This document shows, piece after piece, positions 1 through 5,432 of a stretch of 20,000 nt of DNA (positions within the stretch are counted from its first letter, which is position 1; every line of letters begins with the position of its first letter). This DNA is from an uncultured virus (IMG/VR IMGVR_UViG_3300030060_000981) (Duplodnaviria; Heunggongvirae; Uroviricota; Caudoviricetes), in IMG/VR virus record IMGVR_UViG_3300030060_000981, positions 58,681-78,680 of that record; one strand, written 5' to 3'. The notes under the pieces were generated by a model, which saw only the letters and a list, made by a program, of their open reading frames with translations, made no database searches and was not told the origin of the DNA. The position numbers and the translations under genes are program-made.

Positions 1-1
1 C

Positions 2-673
2 GAGTGCGTGTAATACTAGATCATCTAATTCTACACCCTCTTTGATACATCTATTAAGATGTTTCTTAACTCGTGCAACAATAGTTCTATCGGGGAACTC
101 ACATAGTGTTGCAATCTGCTTTGCAAAGTTACATTTAGTGGTGATACTATCAACATCTAAATCTATCTCTGCTTCTGGTTCTATCCATTTAACATACTCA
201 TTGTCTGCCCAATTAAACTCAAAAGGTTTAACAACTGCGTTCCTCAAATCATTATGTGCCTCATAATAAGTATGTGGTGCAATAATAATAGGTTGATCAA
301 TAACTTTACTGAAAGCGTATGCAATTAGGTTGGGTTGATATACATTATCACCACCAAATCCTATAAAGTCACCTTGATAAATGCCATCCAAAAATGGTAA
401 ATTGTCATAACATTCATGTAGAATTCTTGCTACTTTACCAGAGTGGTTAGTATCAATATCCTCATGCGATTCATTGATCTTAATTTTAACTTTGTTGAAT
501 ACAGATTTAGTACCAACAAAGAAATTGCCAGTGGCAGGATTAGTACCCCAAACTATTGCTGGAGAACCATCAATCTTAACTGATATTTTAGAATCAGCAG
601 TGAACCAGTTTAATACACTTAGATCACCACTTAATACCAAATCTTCAGGGTGTTCCATGTGTGTGTTTTTCAT
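2..673 (-). CDS. Conserved cyanophage protein (DUF6267-like), 3'-partial, with nucleotidyltransferase-like KxDG motif
   Basis: Not in the ORF track because it runs off the left edge. Manual translation from ATG at 671-673 gives MKNTHMEHPEDLVLSGDLSVLNWFTADSKISVKIDGSPAIVWGTNPATGNFFVGTKSVFNK...GIYQGDFIGFGG..., open to the window edge. The HPED / KxDGxPA / FFVGTKSxFNK pattern is recalled from T4-like marine phage proteins. Confidence 0.8.
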   Translation of the reverse strand, partial: MKNTHMEHPEDLVLSGDLSVLNWFTADSKISVKIDGSPAIVWGTNPATGNFFVGTKSVFNKVKIKINESHEDIDTNHSGKVARILHECYDNLPFLDGIYQGDFIGFGGDNVYQPNLIAYAFSKVIDQPIIIAPHTYYEAHNDLRNAVVKPFEFNWADNEYVKWIEPEAEIDLDVDSITTKCNFAKQIATLCEFPDRTIVARVKKHLNRCIKEGVELDDLVLHAL

Positions 674-679
674 ACTATT

Positions 680-736
680 ATTATAAACTAAAAAACCCCC
701 GAATGGGGGTTGTGTGTGCCAGTTCTAAAACTGGTT
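680..736 (-). promoter_or_regulatory. Early promoter cassette copy 1 (palindrome, stem-loop, TATAAT)
   Basis: Minus strand reads AACCAGTT-TTAG-AACTGGCACA (715-736), then TATAAT at 680-685, 6 nt before the ATG at 673. Confidence 0.75.
690..711 (-). terminator. Intrinsic terminator nested in the promoter spacer
   Basis: Minus strand AACCCCC-ATTC-GGGGGTT followed by TTTT, just downstream of the stop at 725. Confidence 0.75.
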
Positions 737-994
737 GTTGATAAGTCTTTTTGTGAAATCTTCAAGATATAATAGAGGGAGTAAGATTAACTCTAGTCCA
801 TCTAATTCTCTTACAGATCTTCTTACTTTCTTTTCAACATTTTTAACTGGTGTTTCTGTCACTTTAACTGCCTCAATCTGTGTAATCTTATTTACACTTT
901 TTGCTGGAGTTACAGTGGTTTTCTTAACAACAGTTCTAGGTGTTTTCTTAGCAGTTGTAGATTTAACTGCTGAAGTTCTTCTCCTAGTTGCCAT
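725..994 (-). CDS. Hypothetical basic K/T/R-rich phage protein
   Basis: ORF 725..1003; the likely start is ATG at 994 (MATRRRTSAVKSTTAKKTPR). Low-complexity basic N-terminus and hydrophobic C-terminal helix. Confidence 0.7.
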   Translation of the reverse strand: MATRRRTSAVKSTTAKKTPRTVVKKTTVTPAKSVNKITQIEAVKVTETPVKNVEKKVRRSVRELDGLELILLPLLYLEDFTKRLINNQF

Positions 995-1020
995 AAGTAA
1001 CAAAAATGCAAGTGTGTAAT

Positions 1021-1079
1021 GTGGGACTTACAGGACGTAATTTCTCTGCTGAACAGAGACAACCATAGATCCTTGCCCA
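1021..1079 (-). ncRNA. Candidate structured RNA hairpin, 3' companion of the rod RNA or leader of the 725-994 gene
   Basis: Minus strand GGGC-A-AGGAT-CTATGGTTG-TCTCTG-TTCAG-CAGAGA-AATTAC-GTCCT-GTAA-GTCC folds by eye into nested stems GGGC/GTCC, AGGAT/GTCCT and TCTCTG/CAGAGA. Confidence 0.5.
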
Positions 1080-1088
1080 AATGGTGAG

Positions 1089-1250
1089 GGAAAACAAAAC
1101 TGAGGGGAAGTCAATTACCTCAACAGTCATTTCTCTGCTTCTTATCATCTATCCTAACGGTATTTTTTACGATATGCGTGATGCAGTGACCAACCGTAAC
1201 ATAATTAAGATGAATGTCAGAGTAGTTGAGAACCTCGTTTGTTTTCCACA
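1089..1250 (-). ncRNA. Candidate ~160-nt rod-shaped non-coding RNA
   Basis: Six colinear nested complementary segments (plus-strand coordinates): 1089-1098/1238-1247, 1102-1105/1233-1236, 1119-1124/1225-1230, 1133-1137/1218-1222, 1145-1150/1208-1213, 1157-1161/1193-1197. The 5' end coincides with the expected start site of promoter copy 2. Confidence 0.65.
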
Positions 1251-1255
1251 TTTAT

Positions 1256-1312
1256 ATAATACATGATTTTGGTGGCAGTGGGGTAAAGCGTGTGCCACTT
1301 TGTTGACTGTCC
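1256..1312 (-). promoter_or_regulatory. Early promoter cassette copy 2
   Basis: Minus strand GGACAGTC-AACA-AAGTGGCACA (1291-1312) with -10 TATTAT at 1256-1261, the same spacing as the other copies. Confidence 0.7.
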
Positions 1313-1650
1313 TAATAGTCAGGATGTCTTCCCTCTTGCGATTTATAACCATCTGCCATATTATATTCTCTTCTATTCTTTACATATTCCAACTCATTCC
1401 AGTTCTCTTTATTACATATTAGCAAGCAATGTATGTTCTTATGTCTCATTGGTTTACCAGAAGTATAAACACAATCTTTCTTTGGATATACATGAATCTC
1501 TATAGTTATATACTGTGAAATTGAGTTCCACCCTTGCTTTATACGCTTTTCATTATCTACAGGTTCACCCTTAAAATATACCCACCCCTCGTCTATATCT
1601 CCATTTGGTTTTCTCCAAATAACATAATCATCAACTTTTGGTTCATACAT
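1312..1650 (-). CDS. Conserved cyanophage hypothetical protein
   Basis: ORF 1312..1659; likely ATG at 1650 (MYEPKVDDYVIW...EGWVYF...YITIE...WNELEYVKNR), a pattern typical of small cyanomyophage genes. Confidence 0.75.
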   Translation of the reverse strand: MYEPKVDDYVIWRKPNGDIDEGWVYFKGEPVDNEKRIKQGWNSISQYITIEIHVYPKKDCVYTSGKPMRHKNIHCLLICNKENWNELEYVKNRREYNMADGYKSQEGRHPDY

Positions 1651-1672
1651 TAGTATCAATTAGTAGGGTGAA

Positions 1673-1837
1673 TTAGTCTTCAATAATATACTCGTGTTCT
1701 TCAAACCATGAGTATAGGTTTAAAGATAAACTGAAACTATCTTCATCATTAATATTATATTCTTCAACCAACTGGTCAACCATACGTTCAATATCTGATG
1801 TTTTTATACTCTTCACATTGAAAGATCGTGTACTCAT
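1673..1837 (-). CDS. Small acidic hypothetical protein (54 aa)
   Basis: Manual translation MSTRSFNVKSIKTSDIERMVDQLVEEYNINDEDSFSLSLNLYSWFEEHEYIIED*. It fills the gap between co-oriented genes. Confidence 0.65.
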   Translation of the reverse strand: MSTRSFNVKSIKTSDIERMVDQLVEEYNINDEDSFSLSLNLYSWFEEHEYIIED

Positions 1838-1849
1838 TGTTATATATTA

Positions 1850-2044
1850 TCAGTAGAATCTTTCATAATCATCACTAACTTGTACTTCAATAGTATCAAA
1901 GATTCTATTCAATGATCTAGCAAAAGTTCTATATCCAGATCCAACATATAATTGACCAGCAACTACAGAGAAGGTTGCAATTCCCCAGAATAAGTAATAG
2001 AATCTTGACTTAACTTGATTTCTTATTTTGTCTTTAGTAATCAT
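1850..2044 (-). CDS. Small membrane-anchored cyanophage hypothetical protein
   Basis: 64-aa ORF with one hydrophobic segment, FYYLFWGIATFSVVAGQLYVG. Confidence 0.75.
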   Translation of the reverse strand: MITKDKIRNQVKSRFYYLFWGIATFSVVAGQLYVGSGYRTFARSLNRIFDTIEVQVSDDYERFY

Positions 2045-2094
2045 AATCTTTGTTGCGAAGTATGTAATAATTGTCAGTAATTGATGACAAAATG

Positions 2095-2102
2095 AATAAA
2101 TA
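2095..2102 (+). promoter_or_regulatory. Possible T4-type late promoter AATAAATA
   Basis: One mismatch to TATAAATA, upstream of GGAG (2130-2133) and ATG 2140. The AT-rich context lowers confidence. Confidence 0.4.
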
Positions 2103-2139
2103 GTGGTATATTATGAATTAAATTCAATCGGAGTTTAAA

Positions 2140-2313
2140 ATGCACAACTTAATGTCACATAATCAGTTAGAAGGTTGGAGATCTAATGTTACTCAATTAG
2201 AGGAGACAACAGATTACCAGAATCAGTTACTCAATGATTACTTTAATTGTCTCATTGAATGTGAAGATGATCAATCAAGTTGCAAACGAGTCTGCAAGGA
2301 TATGCTCACTTAA
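2140..2313 (+). CDS. Small twin-CX3C protein (57 aa)
   Basis: Manual translation MHNLMSHNQLEGWRSNVTQLEETTDYQNQLLNDYFNCLIECEDDQSSCKRVCKDMLT*. GGAG RBS 6 nt upstream and a terminator downstream. Confidence 0.8.
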   Translation: MHNLMSHNQLEGWRSNVTQLEETTDYQNQLLNDYFNCLIECEDDQSSCKRVCKDMLT

Positions 2314-2340
2314 CGAATGAATCAAATTAAATATACCAAC

Positions 2341-2366
2341 AACCCTCTATGAAAATAGGGGGTTTT
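2341..2366 (+). terminator. Hairpin terminator between convergent genes
   Basis: AACCCTCTAT-GAAA-ATAGGGGGTT-TT: 10-bp stem with one G-U pair, GNRA loop and short T tract. Confidence 0.75.
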
Positions 2367-2381
2367 ATATTGCATAGTATA

Positions 2382-3299
2382 TCACAAAAGCTTTGTAATA
2401 TCAACTGGTACACGTTCACCTATTAACTTATTGTAATCTTCATGCAGTTCACATCCAATATAATACCGACCCAAACTCCTTGCTACTGCTGCGGTTGTGC
2501 CACTTCCCATAAATGGATCAAGCACAATATCATTCTTCTCACTACCTGCTAATATACATGGTTTAATTAACTCTTCAGGATAAGTTGCAAAATGAGCACC
2601 TTTATATGGTTTCTTGTTTATACTCCATACACTACGTTTATTCCTCTTTGAGTATGATTTAGTGAGTCCAGAATGAGGTTGTAAACCTGTACCTTCATTG
2701 TGATATTTGCCGTTAGTTCTATCTCTTGTACCCCAATCTTGTGCTGGTTCTTTTATACTTTCATTGTCATAATAATAATATTTACTCTTACTTAAGAGGA
2801 AGATATATTCATGTGATTTAGTACATCTATCCTTCACACTTTCTGGCATTGGGTTAGGTTTATGCCATATAATATCTTGTCTTAAATACCATCCATCTGC
2901 TCTTAATGCAAATGCTAACATCCAAGGTATTCCAATTAAATCTTTATCTTTATATCCTACAAGTTTATTACTCCTACGAGGTGTAGTCTTTGGTAGATCT
3001 TGTCTACTATTTGTAAATGTTTGTTTAGGTATGCAACCATCTTTCCTATAATTATAATAACTATCACCAATATTCAACCACAATGTACCATCATCAGTAA
3101 GACAATCTCTTACTAACCTGAATACATTTACCATCTCTTCAATATATTCTTCTGGTGATTGTTCCTGTCCTATTTGATTATCCTCACCACCATAATCACG
3201 AAGACCATAGTAAGGTGGAGATGTCACACAGCACCTAGCTTTTTCATCGAATTGTTTAAGTGTCTCTCGACAATCACCAAATAGTATTGTATCCTTCAT
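2382..3299 (-). CDS. DNA methyltransferase, N6_N4_Mtase family, beta-class motif order (SPPY suggests N4-cytosine)
   Basis: Catalytic VTSPPY near the N-terminus, GTLWLNIGD, IIWHKPNPMPES, HFATYP, and SAM-binding VLDPFMGSGTT near the C-terminus. Confidence 0.93.
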   Translation of the reverse strand: MKDTILFGDCRETLKQFDEKARCCVTSPPYYGLRDYGGEDNQIGQEQSPEEYIEEMVNVFRLVRDCLTDDGTLWLNIGDSYYNYRKDGCIPKQTFTNSRQDLPKTTPRRSNKLVGYKDKDLIGIPWMLAFALRADGWYLRQDIIWHKPNPMPESVKDRCTKSHEYIFLLSKSKYYYYDNESIKEPAQDWGTRDRTNGKYHNEGTGLQPHSGLTKSYSKRNKRSVWSINKKPYKGAHFATYPEELIKPCILAGSEKNDIVLDPFMGSGTTAAVARSLGRYYIGCELHEDYNKLIGERVPVDITKLL

Positions 3300-4468
3300 C
3301 GTGTAATTACAGAAATTGCTGGTTCACCCTGATTGAAAATAGTATCAACAACTGCCTCAACTTTGCGTGATGTAGATATACCAACTCTATCATATACTGG
3401 TACAGAAATCAACCCATAAGTCTTAGTATCATTTCCCTTTCTTATTACTCTACCAATAGTTTGACTGATACCAATGTAATCCATGTTTCTTAAGAATACT
3501 GCTGCTTCTAATCCTTTGACATTGATGCCCTCAGATAATATACTATGATGTAATACAACGAACTTCTTAGTATCATCATTACCCCACTCATTAAGTGTAG
3601 TAAAGAACTCATCACGATCTACTTTCTTACCATTGATAACACCACCAGTTTTAGCAGTTATATACATCCAGTCATAACCACGAGCATTAAGTTCAATGCA
3701 GAAGTCAGATTGAGATACTAGATTAACAATCTGTTTGGTAGATCTAGCACAGACTAATACTTTATCAATATCAATATCATCTATAGTTGATATAACATGG
3801 TCACAATCATGCTCATGTTTGAATCTACTATCTTCTACTACATCTATCTTCTTGATCTTAACTTTAGGTGGTAATATATGTCCTTCATCTACCAACTGAG
3901 GTGCTGGTACGTTGACTATAACTTTACCATAGATGTCCTCATCATTCATCCCTATCTTAAAAGGAGTCTTAGAATGTTTGGGTGTAGCAGTAAAGAAATA
4001 GCAACGATTAGCATACATTGAAAAGAACTCAGTTGGTTCAACAAAGTTCTTCTGAACACTATTATGTGCTTCATCGAAGTATATTGCATCCACCTGAATA
4101 TTACTTTCTTGTACTCTATGTAATGAATGATATGTTGTGAATATCAATACATTATCTGTATTATTATTAACCCAATAATCTATCTCGTCTGCTTTAGTTG
4201 TGCTTTTGTGATGTGTCTCTCCTGAGTGAACATGAAGTACATCTACATTATCAATTAGTTCTAAGAAATCTTCACATAATTGCTGTGCTAATAGTATGCG
4301 AGGTGCAACAATTACAATAGTCTTAGGTAAACTACTTGCAAATTGTATCTTAGCATCCTCAATCATACACATTGTTTTACCACCACCAGTGGGAACAATC
4401 ACCTGACCTTTAGATTGTAACTGCATTACATCTAAAGCATCCTGTTGATGTAATCGTAGTTTAATCAA
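3296..4468 (-). CDS. SF2 DEAH-box helicase/ATPase (ResIII-like), no evident nuclease domain
   Basis: Q motif LRLHQ, Walker A PTGGGKT, Walker B FDEAH, motif III TAT, motif V LSEGINV, motif VI QTIGRVIR. TTG start; ATGA overlap with the methyltransferase. Confidence 0.9.
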   Translation of the reverse strand: MIKLRLHQQDALDVMQLQSKGQVIVPTGGGKTMCMIEDAKIQFASSLPKTIVIVAPRILLAQQLCEDFLELIDNVDVLHVHSGETHHKSTTKADEIDYWVNNNTDNVLIFTTYHSLHRVQESNIQVDAIYFDEAHNSVQKNFVEPTEFFSMYANRCYFFTATPKHSKTPFKIGMNDEDIYGKVIVNVPAPQLVDEGHILPPKVKIKKIDVVEDSRFKHEHDCDHVISTIDDIDIDKVLVCARSTKQIVNLVSQSDFCIELNARGYDWMYITAKTGGVINGKKVDRDEFFTTLNEWGNDDTKKFVVLHHSILSEGINVKGLEAAVFLRNMDYIGISQTIGRVIRKGNDTKTYGLISVPVYDRVGISTSRKVEAVVDTIFNQGEPAISVITR

Positions 4469-4491
4469 TACATTTAATTCTCAATACATGT

Positions 4492-4547
4492 ATTATAACA
4501 GAAAATCTTGGATTATGAAAGAGCGTGTGACAGTTCTCGAAGTGCCA
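4492..4547 (-). promoter_or_regulatory. Early promoter cassette copy 3
   Basis: Minus strand TGGCACTT-CGAG-AACTGTCACA (4526-4547) with extended -10 TGtTATAAT (TATAAT at 4492-4497). Confidence 0.75.
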
Positions 4548-4734
4548 CCATCTTAGTGAACAGTCCTTCCATATTATAAAATAACTTATAATTCTCTGTT
4601 GTAACGTAATGACCCATGATGTCATTACCATCACAATGCCATCCGTATGCTTGAACCTGTTCCTCTATACCATCTATTCTCATTTTCTTACTACCGTCTA
4701 AGTAAGAATGGTATCGTTCGTCTAAGTTAATCAT
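4513..4734 (-). CDS. Hypothetical protein (73 aa)
   Basis: ORF MINLDERYHSYLDGSKKMRIDG..., with its own upstream -10 box. Confidence 0.75.
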   Translation of the reverse strand: MINLDERYHSYLDGSKKMRIDGIEEQVQAYGWHCDGNDIMGHYVTTENYKLFYNMEGLFTKMVALRELSHALS

Positions 4735-4758
4735 AGTTCTATGGTGGAGTGTGTTGAT

Positions 4759-4767
4759 ATTATAACA
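4759..4767 (-). promoter_or_regulatory. Extended -10 sigma70-type promoter without the palindrome
   Basis: Minus strand TGtTATAAT, about 25 nt upstream of ATG 4734. Confidence 0.5.
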
Positions 4768-4818
4768 TAAGATATGTATTATATCTATAAACTTAATTAT
4801 CTCTTTAGACTTGAGTAA

Positions 4819-5031
4819 TCATTCGATATATTTACGAGGGTTGTGCATCTTCTTAGTCATATCAACAACATAGTCTCTAATTTCCATCAACTCGTCATAA
4901 CATTGTTGGTTATGAGCGCATGATCTGAGATGATTATCAGGTTTCAACAACGATTCTAAAAAAATAGAATGTGCAGCATCCCACTTCTCAAACGAAGTCA
5001 GTTTCTTTTCTAATGTGTTTTGATCCTTCAT
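4819..5031 (-). CDS. Conserved cyanophage hypothetical protein (70 aa)
   Basis: ORF MKDQN...FLESLLKPDNHLRSCAHNQQCYDELMEIR, co-oriented in the early cluster. Confidence 0.75.
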   Translation of the reverse strand: MKDQNTLEKKLTSFEKWDAAHSIFLESLLKPDNHLRSCAHNQQCYDELMEIRDYVVDMTKKMHNPRKYIE

Positions 5032-5053
5032 GTGATTCAGAATGTAAGTTTAG

Positions 5054-5248
5054 TTATTTAACAACTTCCCAGTTGTCATCTCCACTCTCAAAGATCTCGA
5101 AAGAATACCTACGAGATATAGATGCAAGCACAACCTTACCATGCTCACGCTTTACTACACGACATGAATGTAGACGATCCATGTCATTATTAAACCTATC
5201 CTCTGCAACAGGAGACTTGGGTTTAACACATAAAAATTCTGATTTCAT
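5054..5248 (-). CDS. Conserved cyanophage hypothetical protein
   Basis: ORF 5054..5293; the likely start is ATG at 5248 (MKSEFLCVKPKS...LHSCRV...LASISRRY), coupled by TGATG to the upstream small ORF. Confidence 0.7.
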   Translation of the reverse strand: MKSEFLCVKPKSPVAEDRFNNDMDRLHSCRVVKREHGKVVLASISRRYSFEIFESGDDNWEVVK

Positions 5249-5352
5249 CAATAAACGAATGTAATGGCGGACTGAGTTAGACGTACACCCCAATTCATAA
5301 AAATGAGGAACGTGGTGACAAATAGTAGTTTGTCCGATAACGAATATTTCAT
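5248..5352 (-). CDS. Small hydrophobic peptide (34 aa)
   Basis: Manual translation MKYSLSDKLLFVTTFLIFMNWGVRLTQSAITFVY*. First ORF after promoter copy 4; its stop overlaps the next start. Confidence 0.6.
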   Translation of the reverse strand: MKYSLSDKLLFVTTFLIFMNWGVRLTQSAITFVY

Positions 5353-5376
5353 CAATGGAAATTATTTGATGGACTT

Positions 5377-5432
5377 ATTATAACACAGATATTGCCGAGT
5401 TAACGAATGGTGTGACAGTTCTTAAACTGTCC
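5377..5432 (-). promoter_or_regulatory. Early promoter cassette copy 4 (best palindrome)
   Basis: Minus strand GGACAGTT-TAAG-AACTGTCACA (5411-5432) with TGtTATAAT (TATAAT at 5377-5382). Confidence 0.8.

Noticed and set aside
1021..1145. Resemblance to the hairpin ribozyme (AGAAG, CAGAGAAA, GUAAUUGAC and a GUCCUGU substrate-like stretch on the minus strand)
   Set aside because: Helix 2 cannot form (A opposite A, conserved G absent), helix 3 pairs poorly, and the loop B sequences deviate from AGAAACA/GUAUAUUAC. A covariance-model search would settle it.
1081..1352. ORFs 1081-1266 (+) and 1167-1352 (-)
   Set aside because: They overlap a promoter cassette and the structured RNA, and show no RBS or recognisable protein features.
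2140..2313. CP12 assignment
   Set aside because: It lacks the AWD-VEEL core and CP12 cysteine spacing.
715..5432. CRISPR-like or attachment-site interpretation of the palindromic repeats
   Set aside because: Copies are degenerate, hundreds to thousands of bases apart and always tied to a -10 box; no cas or integrase gene is present.
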